The notes under the pieces were generated by a model. That model saw only the letters and a list, made by a program, of their open reading frames with translations, ran no database searches and was not told where the DNA came from. From NCBI GenBank assembly GCA_963742415.1, contig CAVULX010000003.1, positions 512,001-576,000 on the forward strand: a DNA stretch of 64,000 nucleotides. Reading direction: 5' to 3'. Source of the DNA: an uncultured Parachlamydiaceae bacterium. Lineage in GTDB: Bacteria > Chlamydiota > Chlamydiia > Chlamydiales > Parachlamydiaceae. Made by a program: the position numbers and the translations under genes. Of the stretch, positions 39,070-49,156 are shown piece after piece (position 1 is the first letter of the stretch; each line of letters starts with the position of its first letter).

Positions 39070-39170
39070 TTTTATGGTTTGGTAATTTAGCCCCTAATTA
39101 TGAGCTTTTCTTGCATTCTTATAAAGCTTTTATCTTCTGAAAAAATAAGATCTCATTTACAATTTTTTTC

Positions 39171-39881
39171 ATGAAGACCATGGAAGAGATTGTAAAAAGA
39201 ATTCCTGAAATCGAAGCTAAGTTACATTATACCTTTAAAGACCCCTCTTTTCTTATCTTGGCTTTTATCCACCGATCCTATGCCAACGAGCATCGGGAGA
39301 TCACCGATCATAATGAAAGGCTTGAATTTTTAGGGGATTCGGTTTTAGGCTTGGTGGCTGCTGAATATGTCTATTTGAACATGCCTTCAATTCCTGAAGG
39401 GGATCTCTCCCTTTTTCGCTCGCGCCTAGTCGACGCAACTTCTTGTTTCAACTATATTGAAAAGCTTAAGGTCGACGAGTATATCATGCTGGGAAAAGGG
39501 GAAAAAAGGGGGGATGGCCGGGGGAGGGATACGATTCTATCAGATCTTTTTGAGGCTATCATAGGGGCGATTTTTTTAGATTCCGGTTTGGAAGCAGCAA
39601 AAAAATTTATTCTGGACAATTTCTCTGAAGAGATCCAAGAGATTCTCAAAAAGCCGGAATACAATTGGAAAGCCTTATTGCAAGAGTATTGTCAGAAAAC
39701 TTATCAGAAGCAGCCCACATATGCTGTAATAAGCGAAACCGGGCCGGAGCACAGTAAGATGTTCAAAGTGATTGTTTCTTTAGACGATGCAAAACTAGGG
39801 GAAGGGGAAGGGAGTTCAAAAAAAATTGCTCAACAGGCGGCTGCTGCCGACGCCTTAACCCGCTTTTCCATTACAAGCTGA
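39171..39881 (+). CDS. rnc: Ribonuclease III
   Basis: NERLEFLGDSVL, DLFEAIIGAIFLD, C-terminal dsRBD. Confidence 0.98.
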   Translation: MKTMEEIVKRIPEIEAKLHYTFKDPSFLILAFIHRSYANEHREITDHNERLEFLGDSVLGLVAAEYVYLNMPSIPEGDLSLFRSRLVDATSCFNYIEKLKVDEYIMLGKGEKRGDGRGRDTILSDLFEAIIGAIFLDSGLEAAKKFILDNFSEEIQEILKKPEYNWKALLQEYCQKTYQKQPTYAVISETGPEHSKMFKVIVSLDDAKLGEGEGSSKKIAQQAAAADALTRFSITS

Positions 39882-39888
39882 GATTGCC

Positions 39889-41262
39889 ATGACGACAAAA
39901 CAAAAACGGGTTTGGTATTGCAACGAATGCGGCCATAAGCAACTTAAATGGACCGGACAATGCCCCCAATGTTCTTCATGGAATACCCTTCATGAAGAAA
40001 TCGAAACCGCAAACACCCCTAAGCGTTTTGAAGCTCAAAGAGATTCCCAAGTACGGCCGGTAAGGATCAAAGATGTTAAAATTGGAGAGACTCCCCGCTT
40101 ATATACTTCGATTGGGGAATTTGATCGTTTGGTTGGCGGCGGAGTGGTTTTGGGATCGTTAGCTCTCATTGGCGGAGAGCCCGGAGTCGGCAAATCTACC
40201 CTTTTGCTTCAACTTTCCAATGCTTTTGCCCAACAAGGGTTAACTGTTTTATATATTTGCGGAGAAGAGTCTGTTGAGCAAACATCGATGCGAGCTGCTC
40301 GGTTGGACATCCATTCCGAGAATCTTTTTTTGCTGAATGAAACGAATTTTTCTTTAATCAAAGCCCATATTGATCAAATCAAGCCCCATATTCTCATTGT
40401 GGACTCCATTCAAATCGTCTACAAGCCTGAAATTTCATCCTCTCCAGGTTCTGTTTCCCAGGTGAGAGAAACGACCACAGAATTTATGCATATTGCTAAG
40501 GGGCATGGAATTACAACCTTTCTGATCGGCCATGTAACCAAGGCAGGGGAAATTGCCGGCCCTCGGGTGTTGGAGCACTTAGTGGATACGGTCCTATATT
40601 TCGAAGGGGATAAGCAGCAGAACTACCGGATGGTCCGTGTGGTGAAAAATCGGTTCGGGCCCACGGATGAAATAGCTGTTTTTCAGATGAATACTAAAGG
40701 ATTGACTGAAGTTCCCAATCCCTCCCAAATCTTTCTGGAAGAAAGGATGAAAGATGTTGTAGGGTCTGTCGTGATTCCCACCATTGAAGGGACCCGTCCT
40801 TTTCTGATTGAGGCTCAAGCCCTGGTTACAGATACAGTCTTTAGCACCCCATCCAGACGCAGCACAGGATTAGATCAAAATCGGTTAGCTCTTCTTTTGG
40901 CAGTATTGGAAAAGCGGATGGGGTATCAACTCCATCGGTGCGATGTCTTTGTATCTGTGGCTGGAGGAATGCGTGTTTTGGAACCTGCCGCAGATTTAGG
41001 GATATTGACCGCAGTTGCATCGTCGATGAGAAATCGGAGAATTAATCCGGAAACCATCGTCATTGGAGAAGTGGGGCTTGGCGGTGAAATTCGAAGCGTT
41101 TCCCGTATCGAGAGCCGCATCAAAGAAGCGATCCATATGGGATTCAAAAGATGCGTCATTCCCAAGCGTAATCTGCAAGGGATTTCAGAGGAGATGAGGA
41201 AAAAGATTGCAATGATGAGTGTGGAATATGTCGATGAAGCTGTGCGAGCCTTGATTGATTGA
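39889..41262 (+). CDS. radA: DNA repair protein RadA/Sms
   Basis: Zn finger CNECG..CPQC, GGEPGVGKST, KNRFG. Confidence 0.98.
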   Translation: MTTKQKRVWYCNECGHKQLKWTGQCPQCSSWNTLHEEIETANTPKRFEAQRDSQVRPVRIKDVKIGETPRLYTSIGEFDRLVGGGVVLGSLALIGGEPGVGKSTLLLQLSNAFAQQGLTVLYICGEESVEQTSMRAARLDIHSENLFLLNETNFSLIKAHIDQIKPHILIVDSIQIVYKPEISSSPGSVSQVRETTTEFMHIAKGHGITTFLIGHVTKAGEIAGPRVLEHLVDTVLYFEGDKQQNYRMVRVVKNRFGPTDEIAVFQMNTKGLTEVPNPSQIFLEERMKDVVGSVVIPTIEGTRPFLIEAQALVTDTVFSTPSRRSTGLDQNRLALLLAVLEKRMGYQLHRCDVFVSVAGGMRVLEPAADLGILTAVASSMRNRRINPETIVIGEVGLGGEIRSVSRIESRIKEAIHMGFKRCVIPKRNLQGISEEMRKKIAMMSVEYVDEAVRALID

Positions 41263-42583
41263 GGAATCTATGCCTTCATGCTTGAGAACCCTTTCTGTTG
41301 GTGCTCGCCATTCCCCCCTTTCACAAGCCCAAGCGAAGGAAGTGTTGGATGAATTAAAAATTTACCATCCAAACGTGGATTTCTATTTTCATTTTATCCC
41401 TGCTCATGGGGATCGAGATCTTAAAACATCTTTGAGAACTTTGAGTAAAACCGATTTTTTTACTCGAGAGATCGATCAAATGATTCTGAATGGAGATTGT
41501 CGTCTGGGCATCCACTCTGCCAAAGACTTGCCCGATCCCCTGCCTGAAGGGATAGCGGTAGTTGCGCTGACGAAAGGAATCGACCCTTCCGACTCTTTGG
41601 TGATGCGTGAAGGGCAGACTTTGCACTTGCTCCCTTCAGATGCTGTCATCGCTACATCTTCGGAAAGGCGGGAGGAGGTGGTCAAATCGATCCGTTCCGA
41701 TTTACGGTTTGTCGATATTAGAGGGAACATTGGGCAACGGCTGGCCAGGTTGGAAAGCAAGGAAGTAGATGGTGTTGTCGTTGCAGAAGCGGCTTTGATC
41801 AGGTTGGGATTAATCCATTTGAACCGGATGGCTTTGCCTGGGCCAGCAGCTCAATATCAAGGACAGCTTGCTGTGACGGCCCATGCCGAAGATGGTGAAA
41901 TGGATGCCTTGTTTTCCTGCATCGACTCAAGGCCTGTTTCGTTGCATGTAGGATTGGAATCTCCCCCTCCATGCATTGATAAAAGGTTTCTCCATCGACC
42001 TTTGATTAAAATTCAGCCCAGGGAACCCACATCAGAAGACATCTTGCATGCTTTTCAAGCATTAGCCGATTACACCCATTTTATTTTTACCAGCAAAAGC
42101 GCGGTAAGAATATTTTTCGATTATTTTAAAGCACTTGGCTGCCGCAAAGATGTTCTCGACAACAAATGCATCATAGCTGTGGGACAGGCTACAGCCGGTT
42201 GCTTGCGCAGTAATGAGGTTCAGGTTAACATAACCGCCAAAAAGGAACAGGCGGAAGGGATTATCGAAGAGCTGGAGGGCGTTGATTTGACTCGAGCCCA
42301 TATTTTTTGGCCCCATTCTGCTTTGTCGCGTCCCATTTTAGCCGATTACTTTCATCGCCGTGCGGTTAAATATACGGAATGTGTGCTTTATGATACGATC
42401 CCTTCCGATCTTGATCTTTCTGTTGATTTTCAGAGTGTTGATGAGATTATATTTACAAGTCCATCGACGGTGGATGCTTTTCTCGTAAGATTCAAAGAGA
42501 TCCCAGCCGATAAGCGGCTGATCTGCAAAGGCTCTATCACAGAGCAATACCTTGCTAACAAATTCAATTCACCATCCTGCTGA
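41255..42583 (+). CDS. hemC: Fused hydroxymethylbilane synthase / uroporphyrinogen-III synthase (HemC-HemD)
   Basis: GARHSPLS..Q, HSAKDLP, IRGNIGQRL; then FTSKSAV, AVGQATA, FTSPSTV. Confidence 0.88.
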   Translation: MIEESMPSCLRTLSVGARHSPLSQAQAKEVLDELKIYHPNVDFYFHFIPAHGDRDLKTSLRTLSKTDFFTREIDQMILNGDCRLGIHSAKDLPDPLPEGIAVVALTKGIDPSDSLVMREGQTLHLLPSDAVIATSSERREEVVKSIRSDLRFVDIRGNIGQRLARLESKEVDGVVVAEAALIRLGLIHLNRMALPGPAAQYQGQLAVTAHAEDGEMDALFSCIDSRPVSLHVGLESPPPCIDKRFLHRPLIKIQPREPTSEDILHAFQALADYTHFIFTSKSAVRIFFDYFKALGCRKDVLDNKCIIAVGQATAGCLRSNEVQVNITAKKEQAEGIIEELEGVDLTRAHIFWPHSALSRPILADYFHRRAVKYTECVLYDTIPSDLDLSVDFQSVDEIIFTSPSTVDAFLVRFKEIPADKRLICKGSITEQYLANKFNSPSC

Positions 42584-42584
42584 C

Positions 42585-42858
42585 AAATTCAATTCACCAC
42601 AGAGGCAGTGAGATCACTGAGGAGTTGTGAGATCATTGAGAAGATTGTTCTATTGAAAGTGTTTTATCTTTTTTAATAACCTGAGTTTATTCCCGAAGGG
42701 AATTTTTTTTGATTGAGAAACGTCCAAAATTACCTGAGTTTTGGGTTTTTCTCCTCTATTTGTAAAAAGTTCAAATTACCATCGATTAATTTTTATCATC
42801 CTCTCAATGATCTCATAACTCCTCAGTGATCTCCCTGCCTCTGTGGTGAATTGAATTT
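42585..42858. repeat. Long inverted repeat (~61-bp arms, family-A-like units) enclosing the attcccgaagggaat core
   Basis: aaattcaattcaccacagagg...gagaagat / atcctctc...ctctgtggtgaattgaattt, between convergent genes. Confidence 0.88.
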
Positions 42859-42892
42859 TACAATTGTTCTGTGGTGAAAAATGAAGCAACAG

Positions 42893-44038
42893 TTAAATCC
42901 AGCACAATTTGGCTATTAAAGCCACTGTAAAGGGCCAATGGGTCGATTTAACACCAACAAATTTAAAGGCAATGTTGACGATCGTTAAAGTGATCAACGC
43001 GGGATAAGTGGTTTCCAACACAGGTCCAAGAAATTTGGCGATCCCGGCAAAGTCGAATGTAGAGACTATAAATCCAATTCCTAAAGTAATCAAAAGGGCT
43101 TGTTTATTTCCGATTTTATCCTGGGCGGCTTCACAACGAAGGAAATCGGCAAAAAGGGAAGTGAGCACAACCGCTGTCGTTAAGCAGGCAAAGATCACCG
43201 CTAGGCATATGCATGGAGCGGCAATGGGTCCCAACGATTCCATTGCAATGACTCCGAGCATTTCTTGCGGAGGGACATCTTTCAATAAAGGGGCGTAGAA
43301 GGAGCCCAACAAGGTTAGAGCTAGATAAACGATAGACAAAATACTTGCTCCAATGAAGGAAGCCTTATAAAAATGTTTGAGCAAAGAGGGAGTTTCTGAA
43401 TTAGAGCCTAGTTTATCATGGAGATGCTTGATGATGAATTGGGAAAAGAAAAAGGCGGCGATCAGGTCCATTGTTTGGTAGCCTTGAAAAAAACCTGTTT
43501 GCAAGGCCTTCCAACCCGTGGAAGTGATTGTTTCCTGAAAGGAAAAACCTTGTTTCAATCCAAAAAAGGCAATGAGGGCGATGGAACCGAGCAAAAACGG
43601 GGTGAGTACAGTTCCTAACATCGAGACGATTTTATTTTTATTGATCGTTAAAAAGTAGATGAGGGTGCATAACATGAAACTTGTCAAAGGAAGGGAAACT
43701 GAAGGCCATAATAACAATAAGGCGCCGTGGGCTACGGTCAAGCAGCGTGCGAGCACGCCAAAGGGACCCATTAAGGCAAGTGCTAAGAAAGAAAATAGAA
43801 AAGTTCCTTTTCGGCCAAAGCAGCTGAAAAAGTTGTATATGTTCCCTTTATAAAGCATCATCCCTAACACACCAAGAAAGGGAACTATAACCCCAGTAAA
43901 GATAAAACCGAGGATGGCGTAGAGATAGTGCCCCCCGCTTTGTTGTCCTGCCATGATGGGAAAAACGAGATTTCCCGACCCAAAAAACATCGAAAATAGG
44001 GCAAATCCTGTGCTTGCCGCAAGCTTATTATTTTTCAT
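42893..44038 (-). CDS. brnQ: Branched-chain amino acid:cation symporter
   Basis: GFALFSMFFGSGNLVFP, GYQTMD, ACLTTAV, YP motifs. Confidence 0.93.
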   Translation of the reverse strand: MKNNKLAASTGFALFSMFFGSGNLVFPIMAGQQSGGHYLYAILGFIFTGVIVPFLGVLGMMLYKGNIYNFFSCFGRKGTFLFSFLALALMGPFGVLARCLTVAHGALLLLWPSVSLPLTSFMLCTLIYFLTINKNKIVSMLGTVLTPFLLGSIALIAFFGLKQGFSFQETITSTGWKALQTGFFQGYQTMDLIAAFFFSQFIIKHLHDKLGSNSETPSLLKHFYKASFIGASILSIVYLALTLLGSFYAPLLKDVPPQEMLGVIAMESLGPIAAPCICLAVIFACLTTAVVLTSLFADFLRCEAAQDKIGNKQALLITLGIGFIVSTFDFAGIAKFLGPVLETTYPALITLTIVNIAFKFVGVKSTHWPFTVALIAKLCWI

Positions 44039-44071
44039 TTTTATACCTCTTTAAATCTTGACATCCTAAAC

Positions 44072-44106
44072 AAAAAAAAACCGCACCTCTTGCGAGAGTG
44101 CGGTTT
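44072..44106 (-). terminator. Attenuator terminator upstream of brnQ
   Basis: Minus strand aaaccgcac-t-ctc-GCAA-gag-gtgcgg + T9. Confidence 0.9.
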
Positions 44107-44135
44107 AATACAACCTACAATTAGCCGAAGCCAAA

Positions 44136-44216
44136 TCACATAGGTCCGCACCTCCATTGGGCGTGGATAACAATAATTTGAATGGTAATCATCTCTATGT
44201 GATAAGAACAAAACAT
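44136..44216 (-). CDS. Ile/Val-rich leader peptide of brnQ (26 aa)
   Basis: Hand translation MFCSYHIEMITIQIIVIHAQWRCGPM*; contains the antiterminator strand GAGGTGCGG. Confidence 0.8.
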   Translation of the reverse strand: MFCSYHIEMITIQIIVIHAQWRCGPM

Positions 44217-44318
44217 AAATTCATTTGTTACTTGTAGTTAATTAAAAAAATATATCACATCAAGCATTTTTTATGCAATCAATCTTTTTTGCTTAAAGTA
44301 AAATCTTTTATATTGCCA

Positions 44319-44780
44319 TTACAAATTAGATTTGGACAAAAATTTTTCACATTCAGCCTTGAGCTTTTTTTTGTCCTCAATCATTTGATAGGAAATGGAA
44401 TTTTTTGAGCAATAATCTCTCCATTTTTCATTGATTTTTTGAAATTGTTGATGGGGGGGGTATTCCAAATATTTATAAAATCTCTGATCGCGTTTTACAG
44501 ATTGACAATATAGGTTGATAAGGGATTCATCACCATATTCATTAATATATGTTTTGATATTCATTTGATATTTCCGCGTCACTCCATTTCTTGCTCTCCA
44601 TAACACGTCATCCCGTAGCTCACCTGAAGAGTTCGGAAACTGTTCTTTGACGAAATCATAGACGCGGCTTTCAATTGACTTGACGAGTTTATGGCATTCA
44701 TCATGGATGGCTTTTTCCCCATAACGGAGCCACTCTAACGCCAAATTGCCTTCTCCGCATACATAACATTTTAGTGTCAT
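44319..44780 (-). CDS. Hypothetical protein with N-terminal CxxC...HxxC motif
   Basis: CYVC...HDEC; 153 aa. Confidence 0.65.
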   Translation of the reverse strand: MTLKCYVCGEGNLALEWLRYGEKAIHDECHKLVKSIESRVYDFVKEQFPNSSGELRDDVLWRARNGVTRKYQMNIKTYINEYGDESLINLYCQSVKRDQRFYKYLEYPPHQQFQKINEKWRDYCSKNSISYQMIEDKKKLKAECEKFLSKSNL

Positions 44781-44788
44781 GGCTGATT

Positions 44789-47179
44789 CTATCCTTCTGG
44801 AGACATTTCTGACCCTTTATTGAGGTAGTCAAGTGAAAGGGCGTGCTTTTCTTTCATCCGATTGAGCAGATGGTTCATTAATTGATGTTCGGCGTCTTCA
44901 CTTAGAAGCTGCCGTTCCGCATCGATTTTATTGTTTAGGGCAATTTTATCTTCTTGATGCTCTTTAGAGGCCAATTGGAAGAAGAAGATGTCCCCATTTG
45001 CTGGGGTATGCACCATGCTCCATTCCTCAGGCTTTAAAGAAAATCCTTCTTTTAAATCCAATTGTTGCCCTTTGCTAGCGCGGTCATAGTGAAACACACT
45101 TTTTTCAAATTTCCATTGGTTAGTCAAAGGCTCCCTAGCGGGGAGTTTTTCATTTTCGTTCCCTTCTGTTTTTTGTTTGATAATCGTTTCAATCTTATTT
45201 GGATTCTTTTTCATTTCAGCAAGGATTTGGCGGGCATAGGCGTTAAAACGTAATGATGCGCTTATTTCATTGAGAAGTTGCTTTTGGGGTTTTTCAGGTG
45301 AGATAGAGGCCGTATATTCTTGATAAATAGCTTGCAATAAAGGGGCAAAATAGATTTCTGCGACACGTTCTTTGACATCCGCAAAATTTTTCCAGGTTTT
45401 GTCCTCTTTTTGAAAGTCTTGCGGGTAGTTCTGTTTGATTTGATTGTAGTAGTTTTCCAATTGGGCGTCTAAAAGGGGATCTAGTACACCTTCTTTTTGA
45501 GCTTCTGCAAAAGTCAAAATTTCAGCTGGAGTTCGTTCCAAGACAATGATCCGGTAAAAGGAAGCGTTGTCGGCTGTGAATTTGCTCAAGGAGGGATCTG
45601 GTTCGCCGATTTTTGCATTATCCAACAGGGAAATTAATGTTTGAGGTTTAGTCAAGCCGGCAAAAGGTGTTTTTCCCCCTTTGAGTTTTAGCGCGGCCTC
45701 CGTGCGTATCGCAGGGGCATCGTCCAAAGCTTTGGCCACCCATTCGGGGTGGCTTTCCATCATTTCATTGCGTGCAAAGTCATCGACTTTGGTGCGGGTC
45801 ATATCGTCCAAGCTGTCTAGAGCTTGAAACCTTTGTTCCCTTGTTTCCCCCTTCTTTATACCCAGATCGGGGAATTGTTTGACGAGCTTCGGCCAATTTT
45901 GATCTTCCACTTCCCAATTCCAGGTATCTTTAAGGCTTATTTTGGATTGGAGTGTTTTCTTTTCCACTTGCGCTATATCCAGAAGATAACGCTTTTGAAC
46001 TAGCTCAGGACTTTTTTTTGCGACTTCTTCAACCGAAAGGAATGCCGTAGGCAAGGTTAGAGATTTTTGTTCCCCATTTCGATTTGAAATAGCGTTTAAG
46101 TAAATTTCAAATTTTTGCATGTCTCGAAAATGGTTAAAATGGAATTCCCGCGGCATTCTATAGAGGTCCCCCTCAATGGTTTCTTTCACATATTGATTAA
46201 ACTGTTGGATTGTCATCGGATCGACGAACATGGAAGATCCCATATCGTGGAAAAGGCGGCGGAATAAAAGGACTTTTTGCCAGATGGCAGCGGCTTGGTT
46301 TGGGTCGAGGCGCATATTGTGAAGTTGTTCATTAAAATATTCAGTGCCTGTGGCGACTCCCAAATTGGGACTGTTGAGATTTTGCCTGAAGCTAATCTCG
46401 GAATTGTATTTAAGATCGGCAAGAGCTTCTGCACGCGTCACCTCATAACCTTGCTGCTCTGCGATGATGGCGCTGTTGATAATAAATTCAGAAATGAGCC
46501 GGATAAAGCGGGGTCCGAACCAATCGTCTAAGGTGTGGTAGCCGAACAGTGAAAGATCGGCTCTTTCAAGATTTGGATCTGGGGCAAGCCATGAATATTG
46601 CTTTTGTTGGGATAGGAGTATGTGTCTTAAGAAGGGGGGAGGCATTTTTTGCTGAGCCAAGTAGAGATTCACGCGGAATGCAAGCGATTCGGGTGATGCG
46701 GCAGTGGAACTGGCCCTTAAGGCATCAAAGTTCTTTTTAAGGTCAGGAGCAAAATAATTCCAGGCTGTATCTGCATTTAAAAAATGGGCTTGGGGGTGCA
46801 CATAAGGAACAAACCGTTTTTCTTTGATTAGCTTTTTTTCAATGTCAATATTAATGTCCCCAGGAAATTGGTTGGCCAGCATGAGCCCTAACCCATTCTG
46901 AAGGAAATCTTTCTTGATGACCCCATCATTGAGGAAGTTAGGCCCCCAAGCACCTCCAAAGAAGAGCTTGTCGTCAGCGTCTGTGCTGATAAACATCACC
47001 ATTTGATCTAGCTCTGAACGGGGGATGGGCGTTCCATCAACAGCTGTGAAATCGATTTGCTCCCGATAAGCATCGGTATTGATGGTACTATAAGTTCCAA
47101 AAAATGAGAATGAAATGACTATCACTATCGTGATCACAATGTAAAGATAACGTTGATATCTGCGAAAAAAATCTAACAT
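44789..47179 (-). CDS. Conserved chlamydial membrane-anchored protein with PpiD/SurA-like N-terminus
   Basis: MLDFFRRYQR + TM + VDG..I; 796 aa. Confidence 0.7.
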   Translation of the reverse strand: MLDFFRRYQRYLYIVITIVIVISFSFFGTYSTINTDAYREQIDFTAVDGTPIPRSELDQMVMFISTDADDKLFFGGAWGPNFLNDGVIKKDFLQNGLGLMLANQFPGDINIDIEKKLIKEKRFVPYVHPQAHFLNADTAWNYFAPDLKKNFDALRASSTAASPESLAFRVNLYLAQQKMPPPFLRHILLSQQKQYSWLAPDPNLERADLSLFGYHTLDDWFGPRFIRLISEFIINSAIIAEQQGYEVTRAEALADLKYNSEISFRQNLNSPNLGVATGTEYFNEQLHNMRLDPNQAAAIWQKVLLFRRLFHDMGSSMFVDPMTIQQFNQYVKETIEGDLYRMPREFHFNHFRDMQKFEIYLNAISNRNGEQKSLTLPTAFLSVEEVAKKSPELVQKRYLLDIAQVEKKTLQSKISLKDTWNWEVEDQNWPKLVKQFPDLGIKKGETREQRFQALDSLDDMTRTKVDDFARNEMMESHPEWVAKALDDAPAIRTEAALKLKGGKTPFAGLTKPQTLISLLDNAKIGEPDPSLSKFTADNASFYRIIVLERTPAEILTFAEAQKEGVLDPLLDAQLENYYNQIKQNYPQDFQKEDKTWKNFADVKERVAEIYFAPLLQAIYQEYTASISPEKPQKQLLNEISASLRFNAYARQILAEMKKNPNKIETIIKQKTEGNENEKLPAREPLTNQWKFEKSVFHYDRASKGQQLDLKEGFSLKPEEWSMVHTPANGDIFFFQLASKEHQEDKIALNNKIDAERQLLSEDAEHQLMNHLLNRMKEKHALSLDYLNKGSEMSPEG

Positions 47180-47323
47180 GTAACAAGCTCCATCGAAAGC
47201 TTTGAAAAAATTGAGAGATGTTAATAACCTGAGATAAAATATTATCAAAAGATGAGGTTTCCGACAATCATCATATTATTTCATTAAAAAGTGTGTTTTT
47301 ATAAAGCATATAACGGTTTTAAC

Positions 47324-49009
47324 ATGGCTTTTGGAGAAGAGTGGCCCAAAGATATTGAGAAGGCGCTTCAGGGTGTTTATAAAGCGGTCCAATTGAGCCC
47401 TGAAGATTTGTCTTTATGGGAAAAGTTTGCGGAATTGCTGTTTTTTATGGAGTTTAAACAATTCGATGACCCGCTAAAAAAAGCATTGCAATTGTGTCTA
47501 TCGAAACCGATTTGCAATCCTCAAGACCTTGCGATTGCCGGCATCAGCTTACTTAAGTTAACTCCCGAATTCGACCGGATCATCTATCTATCTTCTCAGA
47601 AAAAAGGGGATATTCTCAGAGAAGAGATCAAGCAAGGGAAACTCCACCCTATATTGAATGATCCCTTGCTTTTGGGTCTGCTGGAAAATACGTTGCTTCC
47701 CGATCGGGCAATAGAATTATGCTTCACTTCATTGCGAAGAGCCCTCCTCGAATTGTACGAACAAGGGATATTCAAGGATATTGCACCTCGCTTAGGGCCA
47801 TTCATGTGTGCGCTTGCTATGCAATGTTATTTTAACGAGTATGTTTTTTCTGTAGCGGAACCCGAAAAAAAGATGATCGAAAAGTTGGGAATAGATTTGA
47901 ATCAAGCGAATGAAAATTCTTATCTTCTCGAGGCTTTGTATGGCTGCTATCAACCGCTAGATACGTTAATGAAGCCGAAAACTGAAGGTTCCAACGATCT
48001 CTACCGCAAATTAATCAAAGCTCAGATTGAGGAACCTTTAGAGGAAGAAAAGCTAAAATCAGAGATCCAAGTTTTCAAAGGATTTCACGATGAGATCTCT
48101 CTAAAAGTTCAAGAGCAATATGAGGCAAATCCCTATCCCCGTTGGAAAAGCTTGCATAGGGCCTGCCCCCTTTCTTGGAATGAATTTATTCGGCAAAAAA
48201 TCCCCTTTTTTCCTGCCATGACACAAAATGTTGAGAGTCGTCCTGCAGTTTTGGTTGCAGGTTGCGGTACAGGACAGCATGCTTTGAATATCGCGCGACA
48301 AATCAAGAACGCCCATGTCGCAGCAATAGACCTGAGTTTGAGCAGTTTAGCTTATGCCTTGCGCAAATCCAAAGAGTGGAACATTCCACAAATGGAGTTC
48401 TATCAAGCCGATATTTTAGAGCTGGGGGATTGGAAAAAGAAGTTCCATTTGATTGAATGTGTAGGGGTCCTTCACCATATGAAAGATCCCCTTGCGGGCT
48501 GGAAGATATTAACACAATTGCTGGAGCCTGAGGGGGTGATGTTGATAGGCCTTTATAGTTCAAGCGCTAGGCAAGATGTCGTAGCTGCAAGAAAGCTCAT
48601 TGCCAAGAAAGGGCTTGAACCTACCCTGGAAGGGATTCGAGCGGCTAGAAATGTGTTGCTCCAGGTTCCTACAAGCGAGCTTGTCTCTCAAGTAACTCTA
48701 ACAAGTGATTTTTATACGGTATCTGGCTGCCGAGATCTCCTTTTTCATGTGCATGAGCACCATTTCAACCTTGAGGATATTGTCCAGATGATTGAAATGC
48801 TCCATTTGGAATTTCTAGGATTTGATTTAAAAAATCCAAAAACCAAGCAAGAGTATCTTCGGAGGTTTCCTGAGGACCCTCAGGCTCTGTCTTTGCGCAA
48901 CTGGAGCCTGTTTGAAAAAGATCATCCCGATGCCTTTGTCGGCATGTATCAATTTTGGTGCATGAAGAAAAACCACAGAGCACCAGTGATCTCTCTGGCT
49001 CCTAAGTAA
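47324..49009 (+). CDS. Class I SAM-dependent methyltransferase with helical N-terminus
   Basis: QYEANPYPRW, LVAGCGTG, IDLSLSSLAYA, GVLHHM, RDLLFHVHEH, MYQFW. Confidence 0.88.
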   Translation: MAFGEEWPKDIEKALQGVYKAVQLSPEDLSLWEKFAELLFFMEFKQFDDPLKKALQLCLSKPICNPQDLAIAGISLLKLTPEFDRIIYLSSQKKGDILREEIKQGKLHPILNDPLLLGLLENTLLPDRAIELCFTSLRRALLELYEQGIFKDIAPRLGPFMCALAMQCYFNEYVFSVAEPEKKMIEKLGIDLNQANENSYLLEALYGCYQPLDTLMKPKTEGSNDLYRKLIKAQIEEPLEEEKLKSEIQVFKGFHDEISLKVQEQYEANPYPRWKSLHRACPLSWNEFIRQKIPFFPAMTQNVESRPAVLVAGCGTGQHALNIARQIKNAHVAAIDLSLSSLAYALRKSKEWNIPQMEFYQADILELGDWKKKFHLIECVGVLHHMKDPLAGWKILTQLLEPEGVMLIGLYSSSARQDVVAARKLIAKKGLEPTLEGIRAARNVLLQVPTSELVSQVTLTSDFYTVSGCRDLLFHVHEHHFNLEDIVQMIEMLHLEFLGFDLKNPKTKQEYLRRFPEDPQALSLRNWSLFEKDHPDAFVGMYQFWCMKKNHRAPVISLAPK

Positions 49010-49024
49010 CTAGGCACAGAGAAG

Positions 49025-49156
49025 AAACAGGATATGCAAGATCGTAAACGGCAGGATAAGCAAGATATAGAATAAAGAGTAAGAATATGCGGATATGATT
49101 AAGCTCAGGTTTTTATCTTGCTTATCCTGCCGTTTACGATCTTGCATATCCTGTTT
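49025..49156. repeat. Perfect 43-bp-arm inverted repeat overlapping the psd stop codon
   Basis: aaacaggatatgcaagatcgtaaacggcaggataagcaagata (49025-49067) and its reverse complement at 49114-49156. Confidence 0.9.

Noticed and set aside
44040-44300. T-box upstream of brnQ
   Set aside because: No GGTGGNACC T-box consensus; the elements fit leader-peptide attenuation
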